A stretch of 64,000 bases of DNA, taken from NCBI RefSeq assembly GCF_037042905.1, contig NC_087251.1:34536001-34600000 (forward strand), read 5' to 3'. Positions 12,747-25,300 of this stretch are shown here, piece by piece. The translations under genes and the position numbers were made by a program. Within the stretch, counting starts at the first letter, position 1, and every line of letters starts with the position of its first letter. The notes below the pieces were generated by a model. The model was not told the DNA's origin and searched no databases. It saw only the letters and a list, made by a program, of their open reading frames with translations. This stretch comes from Lytechinus pictus. Its lineage: Eukaryota.

Positions 12747-15125
12747 ACAATGGACCTACTCCATTTTATTATGTAGGGTACATTGGTTAATCTGCAATAC
12801 TAGTGTTACACAATGGGTCTATTCCATTTTATCATGTAGGGTATACTGGTTAATGTGCAATATTACACTATGGGCCTATTCCATTTTATCATGTAGGGTA
12901 TACTGGTTAATGTGCAATATTACACTATGGGCCTATTCCATTTTATCATGTAGGGTATACTGGTTAATGTGCAATATTACACTATGGGCCTATTCCATTT
13001 TTAAGTAGGGTTCACTTCTTAATTTTCAATATTACACAATGGGTCTATTCCATTTTATCATGTAGGGTATACTGGTTAATGTGCAATATTACACTATGGG
13101 CCTATTCCATTTTTAAGTAGGGTACACTTCTTAATTTTCAATATTACACAATGGGCCTATTCCATTTTATCATGTAGGGTATACTGGTTATTGTGCAACA
13201 TTGCACAATGGGCCTATTCCATTTTATCATGAGGGTACTTTGGTTATTGTGCAATATTGCACAATGGGCCTACTCCATTTTATCATGTAGGGTACATTGG
13301 TTGTTGCGCAACACTCCATTTCCTTCAAGTAGGGTATTGCAGAGTATTGCGCAATATTGCGCAACACTCCATTTCCTTCAAGTAGGGTATTGCAAAGTAT
13401 TGCGCAATATTGCGCAACACTCCATTTCCTTCAAGTATTGTATTGCAAAGTATTGCGCAATATTGTGCAACACTCCATTTCCTTCATTTAGGGTACATTT
13501 GTTATTGCGCAATATTGCGCAACACTCCATTTCCTTCAAGTAGGGTATTGCAAAGTATTGCGCAATATTGCGCAACACTCCATTTCCTTCATTTAGGGTA
13601 CATTGGTTATTGCGCAATATTGCGCAACACTCCATTTCCTTCAAGTAGGGTATTGCAAAGTATTGCGCAATATTGCGCAACACTCCATTTCCTTCAAGTA
13701 GGGTATTGCAGAGTATTGCGCAATATTGCGCAACACTCCATTTCCTTCATTTAGGGTACATTGGTTATTGCGCAATATTGCGCAACACTCCATTTCCTTC
13801 AAGTAGGGTATTGCAAAGTATTGCGCAATATTGCGCAACACTCCATTTCCTTCAAGTAGGGTACATTTGTTATTGCGCAATATTGCGCAACACTCCATTT
13901 CCTTCAAGTAGGGTATTGCAAAGTATTGCGCAATATTGCGCAACACTCCATTTCCTTCAAGTAGGGTATTGCAGAGTATTGCGCAATATTGCGCAACACT
14001 CCATTTCCTTCAAGTAGGGTATTGCAAAGTATTGCGCAATATTGCGCAACACTCCATTTCCTTCAAGTAGGGTATTGCAGAGTATTGCGCAATATTGCGC
14101 AACACTCCATTTCCTTCATTTAGGGTACATTGGTTATTGCGCAACACTCCATTTCCTTCAAGTAGGGTATTGCAAAATATTGCGCAATATTGCGCAACAC
14201 TCCATTTCCTTCAAGTAGGGTATTGCGCAACACTCCATTTCCTTCAAGTAGGGTATTGCAAAGTATTGCGCAATATTGCGCAACACTCCATTTCCTTCAA
14301 GTAGGGTATTGCAGAGTATTGCGCAATATTGCGCAACACTCCATTTCCTTCAAGTAGGGTATTGCGCAATATTGCGCAACACTCCATTTCCTTCAAGTAG
14401 GGTATTGCAAAGTATTGCGCAATATTGCGCAACACTCCATTTCCTTCAAGTAGGGTATTGCAAAGTATTGCGCAATATTGCGCAACACTCCATTTCCTTC
14501 AAGTAGGGTATTGCAAAGTATTGCGCAATATTGCGCAACACTCCATTTCCTTCATTTAGGGTACATTGGTTATTGCGCAATATTGCGCAACACTCCATTT
14601 CCTTCATGTTGGGTACATTGGTTATTGCGCAATATTGCGCAACACTCCATTTCATTCAAGTAGGGTAATGCAGAGTATTGCGCAATATTGCGCAACACTC
14701 CATTATTTCACAATGGGTCTACTCCATTTTATCATATAGGGTACATTGGCTATTGTGCAATATTACACAATGGGCCTATTCCATTTTATAATGTAGGTTA
14801 GATTGGTTAATGTGTAATATTGCACAATGGGCCTATTCCATTTTATCATGTAGGTTACATTGGTTAATGTGTAATATTGCACAATGGGCCTACTCCATTT
14901 TATCATGTAGGGTACATTGGTTAATGTGTAATATTGCACAATGGGCCTACTCCATTTTATCATGTAGGGTACATTGGTTATTTTGCAATATTGCATAATG
15001 GGTCTCCCCCATTTTATCATGTAGGGTACATTAGTTTATTATTGTCTCCTCCATTTTCATTCTGTAGGATACATTGGTTGACAAATAATGTATATTGGTT
15101 ATTGAGCAATATTATGCACAATATA
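12747..15125. repeat. Nested satellite: 57-bp flanking units around a 52/53-bp core array (~13304-14704)
   Basis: Flank unit gggcctattccattttatcatgtagggtatactggttaatgtgcaatattacactat; core unit tattgcgcaatattgcgcaacactccatttccttcaagtagggtattgcaaag, roughly 26-28 copies. Confidence 0.97.
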
Positions 15126-15534
15126 AGAAAGAGTGAGCCCCAATACAACTGCATCAAGAAAAACATAAAATTTGAAAAATTAATTAAATTAACCAAATGG
15201 TAATCCATAAAATTAGAGAAGATGAAAAACCCAATTAAAATGGAACAACCCAATTCATACAGATAACCAATTAGTAAGCACTAAGATGAAGGTAGGTAAA
15301 TGACCTGGATGATTACATAATAAAAAATGCTGAACAAAAGACTGAAGATGAATGAATGAGCACATCTGAATAGGAGAGGGAAGTAGATGACTAGAGAAGT
15401 AGGACAATGACTTGATGTGATGAATAAGAACATTCCAAACTGAAGTAAAAAGAATACCCATGTGAACTGAATAAAAGTTAAACAAAGGAAAACCCAAAAT
15501 ACAAATAACCCCTATACAAAGCTAAAGTGCTCTT

Positions 15535-15920
15535 TGTTAGGCATACTTAAAGCCCCCAGTGAGAATTTACTATAAAAACAGCACCAAAAACATTCAACTT
15601 CAAACCCCCTGTAACTTACGGCTGCCATAACTTGGGGGGGGGGTCCAAAGAAGTACAAAAGCACTATTTGTGGATTATACAATGAGCCAGGTGTGTTGAT
15701 ATGTCAGATAATTTTTTTTCTTTTCAGACGTACTTGAAGCCTGTCAGAAATTTCCACAAGAAACAGCACCCAATCTAAACCAATCAACTTCACAGCCCAA
15801 CAACTTTACAGCTGACCTAACAGAGGGGCTTTCATTGAAAAACAAAGTTTTTTTTAATGAATTATGTGTTGCTATTTAAGTGCATGAATTATTTCTTGTT
15901 AGACATACTTGAAGCCCTTA
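15535..15920. repeat. Degenerate ~180-190-bp tandem duplication (2 copies plus start of a third)
   Basis: (c)atactt(a/g)aagcc recurs at ~15542, ~15730 and ~15904; aaacagcacc...tcaacttca...ttac-gctg recurs twice. Confidence 0.55.
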
Positions 15921-15985
15921 ATTACATATTACTATAATACACAAAATGACGAGGTTTGACGCAAGTTTGACAGAGCACAAAGTCC

Positions 15986-15991
15986 TTTATT
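15986..15991 (-). terminator. Putative HECTD1 polyadenylation signal (implies ~3.1-kb 3' UTR)
   Basis: TTTATT on plus = AATAAA on minus, followed on minus by a GT/T-rich stretch; UTR-like composition runs from the stop to here. Confidence 0.55.
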
Positions 15992-18900
15992 GAATACTTG
16001 TGTGCATTGATATACTCACGTACGAGCAATATACAAAAAGAAACTCACATTCATTGATCATCCAAACTACAAATACATGTATCATCATCATCAGGTTTAC
16101 ATCACCTTAACATTTGCACATTTTAATACAGCTTGCTTATATTCACCTTATATTCAATAAACAAAGAAGTCATATAGTAGACACAGGAAAACTTTCATAC
16201 TACAAATTCCCCAATGAGATCCTCACCCATCCTCAAAACCAAGGTTCTTTGTTTTGCTCTCTGTAATTTGCCAATCGCTTGAAAAATAAACAGTGAGAGT
16301 CAAATTGCATGCATTTTAGCCTACCTCTGCCTCGATTTCAAACAAGGTAGACTTGCGATGTAAGAAATAATCCTTTTGAATTCAAGAGAGACAATCTTAG
16401 TTATGTTATAAATGCAAAATAGCATGCACATAGAAAGTTCACGAAATATCAAAAGAGTGTTAGACTTTTCAAAACTCTACATAAATTACATATCAAATAA
16501 GAGCATCAACGCAAGGAGCAATATGCACCTTGTTAAGGGTTCGCAGATAAATTGGTGAAACTAGCAATCGACCATATACCATCATCATAGACTAATAATA
16601 TATAACTTTCATGATAATAAATAATTTTTTTTAATGAATAAGGGCACTTGATTCGCTTGCAAGGGATATTTTTTTGACCGGCCAACTAATCAATGACTGA
16701 ACTTATTCTAGAGATCTTGTATGAGACTAATATCTACTCCACACTTCTAAGATTCTGGGATACTCGTAAGTACAATGTTCATCACATAGAGTGAGTTAAG
16801 ATCAATGGAGATATTGATTGCAAGTTTATGTTTCCCTCTCCTTTGCATGCAGGAAAACAAAAGTGAAGGGGAGATATTGTATTTCAGCGAGTTGAAAGAA
16901 AACAGAAAATTCAAAGACGGTTTTAGAAACAAATCCAGGAGTGAAATCATATATGTTGTTCTGTAAAGACCATAGAAATGATCTATTATCTATCATATAT
17001 CTTCTGATGTCCACAGTTGCTAGAATGAATCCTTGCTTAAATACAGCAATCAACAGATGGGATGTGATTAAAGAAGAAGAAAGTAATTATAATACCGATC
17101 TGGCTTGCACAGAGACAAAGTAGTATAAAAAATTGATGATTGAGACAAATTTTCATCGTGATGAAACTTACATACTACTGACCAATGTTTGAATCAAGAT
17201 GTAATTGACAATATCACATAAGAAATGGCATATAAACAACCTTCTTCAATTATGAAAACAACCTTTCATAAAAGAAAATTGTCATAATTCCAAAGACAAC
17301 TTCTTTTCTTCAAACATGTGAGCAGTCCCATACAAAGAAAATAAATAATGGCCCCCCCAAAAAAATGGTCCCAAACAAAATAGAAAAATAATGGCAAAAA
17401 AATAGTTGATTTTTTTTTTAAATATCTATCAATGTAAGAGAGACAGGAAATAATTATTGAATTATAACAGCTCAAAAGCTTTACAGAATTCACATGTCCA
17501 AAATGTATGAAAACAAAATAATTTCACATTGAAAAGATTGTGTTAAATAGGGTGCACTTTCCGACATTTTTGTGTTGGGCATGATGAACAAATTTCAGAC
17601 AATAAAGCCATTAGCACAGGAAACACTGAGGCTGATACGATGTCAATTGCACATCGATATTCCTTGATTTCTTATTAGTAAGCAATAAGTGTATCAAAGC
17701 ACAGATATGGCCAAAGCTTTTACTTCAATTGAGTACCATAGGATAATTAATTCTGAGAGTTAACAAGAATACATTATTAACAAGGTTAACAAAATCATTC
17801 AATGCACAAATTTTAAAGATGATTGATCTGTGAGAAACAAAATAAAATAAAATAGTCATAATGATGACATTTCCAGTGCAAAAGAAAAATATTATTCTGA
17901 ATGATTCTCAATTCAATTTGGTGCAATTATTCTATCTTAGAATGATTTTTCAAATCAAGAATATTATACTACATGTATTTCTACAGTGCATGGAAGTCAA
18001 ATATTGACTCTCTTTGGTAATTGACTGTGATACAAGCAAGCAAGCACACAATGCAATTCCTAATTTAAATACAGTGATGCAGATAAGTCAAGCTGTTTGC
18101 ATTTCATATACGGACAGGAAGAATAGGTGACATAGTTTGTCTCTTAAACTCTTCAGATTTGGACCTGATCTAGAGTGATGAGGTAAACTCAATGGCACCA
18201 AGTACAAAATAGAACATCTTTGTGCAACCACTCAAAAAATAGAGCTTGTTATATATGTGTCATTGAAATGATGTGCTAACATGTATACAATTGTACACAA
18301 GTGAAGTGATTTGAATTCCAATACTTCTCCTCCACCTCAAATTCATATTTTGTGGAAAAAACAATAAAACATACTTTTTTAAATTTCAAGGTTGTATTGG
18401 AGGAGAGACAAAGAGCAAGATTAAAATGACATATATATTTTAAGTCATTCACATACCAACTGTAGAATACGTCTGATAGTTGCCTCCACTGGACAAAACC
18501 AACTGATCATCATTAACTCTCGCAATTTTTAACTCGCGTAAAAACATCACTGGGAATAGACGGAAACCCCACTGCCACATCATCAAGCAATCTGAACCTG
18601 TGATATTTCTCCAATATTTTCTTAGTCACAAGTTTTCTTGGGAGTTTCAATGTTTCAGCAAGTACAACTTTACTGTTGGAACATCCTTTCCAAAGGAATT
18701 TCCCAAAAATGCACATAATTTGCCCCCAAAAAAAGAAAAAAATATATTGAAAAATCACTATCCATTATCACACAACAGATAACAAGAACATAGGAAGTTA
18801 ATAATGAGATGGCTGAAGTTTCTGACTTTCTTTCCTCAAATAGATAAAAATATGCAAAACCTGAATCAATAATTCTAAAATCTTGAGAAGCAGGGCTTTA

Positions 18901-19110
18901 ATTCAGTTCTTGGCATTTCATAATCAGTCTCAGAGTCTAGCTACCCTTCCAAAAATCTTCAGGGGTTACTTTAAATCAATCATCAATATATATATAGACA
19001 GAGAGAGCCTAGAGCATCACTCCAATGGAATATATAAATTAAGCCTAGGTCAAATCACAATCTTGATAATAATATTTCTAGAGTCTTTGAGATGTAGAGT
19101 TAAGCTGAGG

Positions 19111-19393
19111 TTAATTGAGGTGGAACCCTTTCTCCTTGGTAGCGCTCAGCAGCCTCTCCCGGATGATCTCCTCATTGGAGTACTCGGGTAGCTTGAGATA
19201 ATGGACGCAGGTGTTGACCGATGGGTAGGTGTGGTCGTTGGCGTCCACCTTGCGGACGATGGTCAGACGGGGGTGAAGGTTAGCCAGACCACCGGGGGGT
19301 AGGGAGGAGCAGCCGGTAGTGAACTGGAGGAAGGATTTGCGTTCATCGCCATTCATTGCACACAGGACGTTGACAAAGCGCTGGAAGCCAGGA
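19111..19393 (-). CDS. HECTD1: HECTD1 last coding exon, HECT C-lobe with catalytic Cys
   Basis: [10 protein letters not shown]...[16 protein letters not shown]...[16 protein letters not shown]...KEKGFHLN*. Confidence 0.96.
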
Positions 19394-22300
19394 CTGTTCA
19401 CAGAGGAAATCAAAGAGGAATGTGTATAAGAAACCAATAATAATATTTAGTACTTTCTCAAGATTTCCATGGTAAAAAAAAGCATGTATAGGTTTCATGG
19501 TACACCATGTATTATTTTGTAGGCATGTGTTGGTCCTTAAAAGGACCACCCAAACTCAATGTTTTTGACAAGTGTCTTTTTGCCATCTTTTGATTTTACA
19601 TGTGAGGTAAATCAGGCCATCCTTGCTCACAGGAATCAATTGGATATTAAACTTTGGATCGATGATAATGATAGAGCTTATCTGAGGAAACAATGGTCAA
19701 CTACAAAAAGTAAATTCAACCAGAGGAATTTTTCAACTGTCCATGCTTTTCAACAGCACATAGCCTTAAAAAAAAGAAGAACTTAGTCATCTTCATGGTT
19801 GCAGATGGGTTGGTTGGTTCTTTGGTGTTGGAGTTAAGTTGGCGCTCTTCAATCTGGTAGATTATCTGCGCCATATGGTTGGTTGCAGATGGGTAAATTC
19901 TTTTCATAATTTCATAACAAATACTATTTTTCTTTAACAGTTAGCAGCTCTGTAGATGGGGGGGGGGGGGGGGGGGCTGACGACAGTAGTTGGACCTACC
20001 TTTCTCTGGTATAGCCTAATTTAGGTTCAGTATAGTTGAGGATATCTTCCCTAGTCCATGCTGGTGCTTGGTCTCCGCACAGAATAGTCTGGAACTCAGC
20101 TGGACTAAAACTATGAAGCTTCTCCATAGGGAAAACTTGATTGAAGCCATCTACAACAATAACAAAGAAGGTATACAGTTAGATTCAATGAAAATAGCAA
20201 CATATGTTAAATGCTCATATCCATTCAAGAGAATGAGTAATGCCCCTAACAATTAAAACATAAGAAAATAACAGCTAAAATATCAAGAGTCGTGACTTTC
20301 ATGAATTGAATAATTATCATTACAACAGATATATGGTAAGTTTATACAAAGTTTATCTTCAAGGGCAAAATTTCATTTAAGATTTTCCCAAAGCACACAA
20401 ATTATATGTCAAATCGTGTATTTAAATTATATGAAAACATATGTATGATAAATGTTAATTCACAAGAAACTTATTTTTTATTTTATGACTATGCACATAA
20501 TACCTTTTTTCAGTAAAATATCATGCTTCCTATTGTATCATGACATTAATACTAAGAATATATCCAAAATACCTACTTAATCCAAATGCTACACGATAGA
20601 ACATAACAATTGTCTTGACAATCAAATCCTCAAAGAAGCACGGATTAGTCCTTTAGTTTTCCCTCTACCTTCAATCTATTTTTCCTTATTCTTCAAGATC
20701 AACCAATAAAACCGAATAAAGACTGGTGACCTAACCCACCTCTGAAGGCTTCCATCTGTCTCCTGATACCAGTGTGAAGACAGAAATCAGTTACCAGCTC
20801 GATATACTCCTCAGCATTGTCAAGGGTCACACACTCCTCATCACCATCAGGTTTGAGATTGAAGCTATGGTAACCATACACCTTGGAGGATGGGTTGAAC
20901 TGGAATGTCAATCTGAAATCAACATGAAAATAAATTCATTACTCAACTGTCAAAATGAATGTAGATCAAATATACACCCTTTAGATTTCTAATACAAGCA
21001 TGGAATAGAATGCAAGACATGGATTTGCAGAACTCAGATAATTATGAAAATAATATAATTACACTATTATATGTGAAACCTTTTTTTCATGGAAATGAAT
21101 CTAAATTTGATTCAGATTAGATTTGTACACTTTAAAACTATATTATCGAGTATGCACTCTAGGTTTGAATCTCAACTTTAAAAAAAAATTATTTTAACTT
21201 TAAAGAAATTCTAAATATATTTCAGTGTTTTGCTTTTAATATTTACTTGCTTCACCTTTCAGCATTTTTGTCGCAGATTGAGCAAATGGACATGTGAATT
21301 ACCTATACTACACTTGAATTACCTATGGACATCCTGATACTCTAATTTATGCAGGAATATGTAACCATTTCTTTTAAATGGATAATTGACTTCTCAATGG
21401 ACATCCACCTACCCTAGATCCTCAAGCCTGACTGGTATTCCAGGTGAGGTCTCCAGACACAGGTTCTGAATCTCATTGTTCCTATCCTCCTCCGTCTTGC
21501 TACCATCCAGCTGAATCTGTCTCTTCCGATCCACCATCTCTTGAAGATGCTGCAAGAACTTTGCCCGATGGGGGTCAATCAGCTCAAAGTCCGACCATGT
21601 CAGGACACCGGCAAACCAAGCCGGAGTACAAGGTTTGGGCGGATCGGCTGCTAGGATCAACTCCTTGGACTCGTTGCCGCTGTCGATGGCGAGATCGGAG
21701 ATAAGCTCGCTCATGCTCTCCAGCGAGGCTTCCGTCTGCTGCATCTCTGCGAAGAAGACCTCTGAGTCCCGAGGCGAGGTGTAGGATTCTTGCGTCGAGG
21801 TGTAGTAGAGGTGGGAGCTGCCAGTCTCGCCCATGCACATTAACTTGAGGAAGGGTCTGGAGAGAGGGATGTCGACCATGCGATTGTCCTGGAGGCACTT
21901 GGCCAGGAAGATGCCTAAGAAGTTATAGAGGAGCTCTATGCGAGAGATCTCCTCGCTGTCTTGGACGATGGGAGCAGGAAAGAGACCAGATGCTCTCTGA
22001 ATGTAGTAACCGCGAGGCTTCTCACCCTCACCAATATCAACCTGCAAATTACATTTTAAAAAAAAATCAGCGATTGGATAGCTTAACATTATGTTTGGGC
22101 TTTGTTTTTATATCAAATTAAACAAATAAGAATACAATGAAACTTATACAGATATATTTGCAAACTACAATCTGCTGAGTCTGAAGAAATAGTTTTTCAC
22201 TTTTTTTAGGACAATATGACTTACAGGACTTTCAGGATTTTAACAAATACATAAAATATCCTAGAGAATTGGGGTACTTTAAACATCTTGGCATTAAGCA

Positions 22301-25300
22301 AAGTTGTGACTTACAATGGGTAGTAGATTGACCTACCAAGGTAAACTTTACTTTTCACTTTGGACATATCAGCATGATACCAGATGTTTATTTGGGTTTT
22401 ACAATCATGAGACCTATTAATAGTTTAGGACTAAGGACTGTTGAGAACATGAGTGAAATGAAGATCCTGAGTTCAGTAAAATTTGTCCTGTCTAAATTTT
22501 CATTACATTAGTCCCACAGGCTCACATGACAGACAAATTATAAAGAGAATAAATCTTTTGAAAATTCTGTTTGATTACGTTTTCCCCATGATACCCAAAG
22601 TTACCAACCTCTCTTGACATGTCGTCTGCTATTTCATCATCGGTCAGCCACATTCCTAGACTCTTACGCTGGAGCTCAGCTGCTATCAGAGCATAGAACT
22701 CTAGAGTAGGACCAAGACCTGTTCCTTCTTCACCAAGGAATTCAACCTGATGGAACAGAGGAAGAATAACAACAGGATTAGATTTCATCTTTCATTATGA
22801 CAGAGGAATAGTGATGCAAACAGATGTTAACATATCAAAAAAGATAGAAAACATATCATGCAAGTCATACCTTTTCAGAGGGGTTATTTTTTCTGACGAT
22901 GTGTAAATCATCATAATTCCTTATGTAGATTTTCATAATAATATTATCCTTTTTTTCCTGTAATACAAATGTTTTGATGGGGAATCCACTTTAAAGGAAA
23001 CTAAACTTGAGGTCTTTATACACAGAATGTCATTCCTTACTGGTGGTCATGAAAACATGTTAAACAGCAAAACATTTTGTTCGCATGTTCTTCATGTAAT
23101 TTATCAATGGAACCCCAACATTCACACAAACACTGTAAGAAAGTTGAACAATCTGCAAAATAATTGTATTTAAGATATTTGTGCATCACAAGAGTTTCAG
23201 AGAAAAAAATTTCCCTGAATATGGACTCTTCAATATTCGCATCCTTTACAGAATGTGTCTGTCTCCTGTGAAAACCGCACTTATCATTATCAAAAGAAGA
23301 CTTTCTCACCTCTAGAATGGATTTCCTTGAACAATGGAGTCTCATCACATTGATGGCCCATTCCAATAACTGCTCTCCTCTTGGTACCTTGACCCTTTCG
23401 TGTTTCAGACGTCCAACCTGGAACTCGTGGTGGTCATCTCGTCTGGTGCTAGGTGTTCGCACACGTTCGGTGTTTGCCTCTCGTTTGCCCTGAAGCCAGG
23501 CTATGGCTCTGAAATGAAAGAGGATTTTTATTGTGGTAGGTTAAACTCAGATTTTTGAGGAGAAACAATAGAGTACAGTAAATGTTGTCACAATTATTTT
23601 TTTATTTTTTTAATGTTTTTTGCATTTCACTGTACTTCACAGCTTGGCATTGTGGTGTGTGCCTGTAATCAAAGCTACATTGGGAAGTTACAAATTGATA
23701 CAGTGGTCTGAGGTTTGAGACCTGGTCACGTCTTTCTGATAGTGACATTATAAATATTGTACCCCCGTGTATAAAAAGTAATATCTGATTGATACACATC
23801 AGTAAAAACTCAATCACACACACATATGTAATACCATACATTGTGGAGCATGAAGAAAAATATTCACAACCCACTTTTTCGGAATCCAAGACATGATGGA
23901 CCAAGATGTGGCTGTACTTAACCCAATAGAAATCAGTGCACATTGACCTGGTTCCTAACAGTCATAACCAAGGCTAATTTACCCCGATTTCAGAGGACTC
24001 TATCAGGTATTCATTTGGGCATATTTTGGACCAGTGCCATGAACCAATCCATGTCAAATTGGTGTGTGAAGGTTTTTCATCATGTTTTTAAAAAATAATT
24101 GTGTCGCACTTTGGCAATCTGTTGGCAGGACAAGAATAAGTTGTACATTTTGTAAATGCCTGTTGAAAATTGACTGGGAAGATTCTCTCCAGGTACATAT
24201 TCTAAAAAAAACCCAGCTTGGCATGATTTACCTAACACAAAATCTCCACTGGCTTATATTCTACCATCATAGAAATTTTTAAAAGATTATCTGTTACACC
24301 TCCAAAATAATGTTTGATATTTCCCTCATTTTTAACAGTACAGTCAGAACTCCTCACATTAATGTAATTTCAGGAAAAACATTGATAATACCCATGGTCA
24401 CATGATATTTTTGGACATATATAATATATTCAGCGTGAGTATACATTTTCCTGGAGAATATGAAAATTAAAACCAAAATGCATTTTTGCAATGACAAAAA
24501 AACAAACTATATTAAAAAATACACATAATAAAACAATGTTTTCCTTTATAAAGAAGGCGATCATACCCAAAATTAATGGATTTACCCTCCAAAAAAACTC
24601 TACCAACAACAACATACAGCCTTGCTGCAGAAAAAAAAAACCTTTAAATTGCAGTAAAGAAGACTACATAACATATTTTCAGAGAATAAATAATAAAAGA
24701 CTGGATGACTATTCTAACCTTGATACACCAAATGCAGTACATGTGAAGTAGAGTTGCCTTGTCTCAAACGGGAAGAGCATTGGACATCTATTTGTCAGTC
24801 TCTCGCACCACTTAGGAAGAGATAAACTGGCAAGAACAAGTGGGTCCTAAAACAAGCAAAATAAGATAGACAATTCAAGCTCAAAATTCAAATTCACTTT
24901 ACTCACGTCCATTACAAAGGAGAAGAATGCATACAATGCATATAAATAAACATAAAACGTTACAATCATTACATGGTAAATTAAGGACCTGATAGGAATT
25001 TGTTCCTTGAAACGCAGCACGCGTAACAGCTGCTCTGCTAAAGCCAGGGTAATTATGCTGCATTGCTCTAAAGCACTTTGAGACTTGTGATAAAGGAAGT
25101 GTTAGGCGCTACATGTATATTAGCAAGAATAATTATCATTATTATTATTATTAAAAAATAATAATGATAAAAAGAAAGAATAGAAAACTTCATTGAATGC
25201 AAGAGATCAACAAAGACCGAAGACCTGTCAAGACTGATCCACCTAAAATCATACCATTAATAAAAAAAAGAGTTATCCAACAGACCTAGTTTTTCTAAAG

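Noticed and set aside
12747..15125. CRISPR-like array
   Set aside because: The units are contiguous tandem monomers with no unique spacers, there are no cas genes, and the context is eukaryotic
12679..15203. Many overlapping ORFs with repeated peptides (WAYSILSCRV..., MRNTPFPSS...)
   Set aside because: These come from translating the satellite; the 52/53-bp units shift frame, and there is no splice or domain evidence
21444..21898. Alternative-frame and antisense ORFs over the large HECT exon
   Set aside because: Expected shadows of a GC-rich coding exon, with no independent signals
23560..24120. 113-aa minus-strand ORF 23602-23943 in an intron
   Set aside because: No recognisable domain; HECTD1 splices in phase without it, and the adjoining sequence resembles a dispersed repeat also seen near 46080
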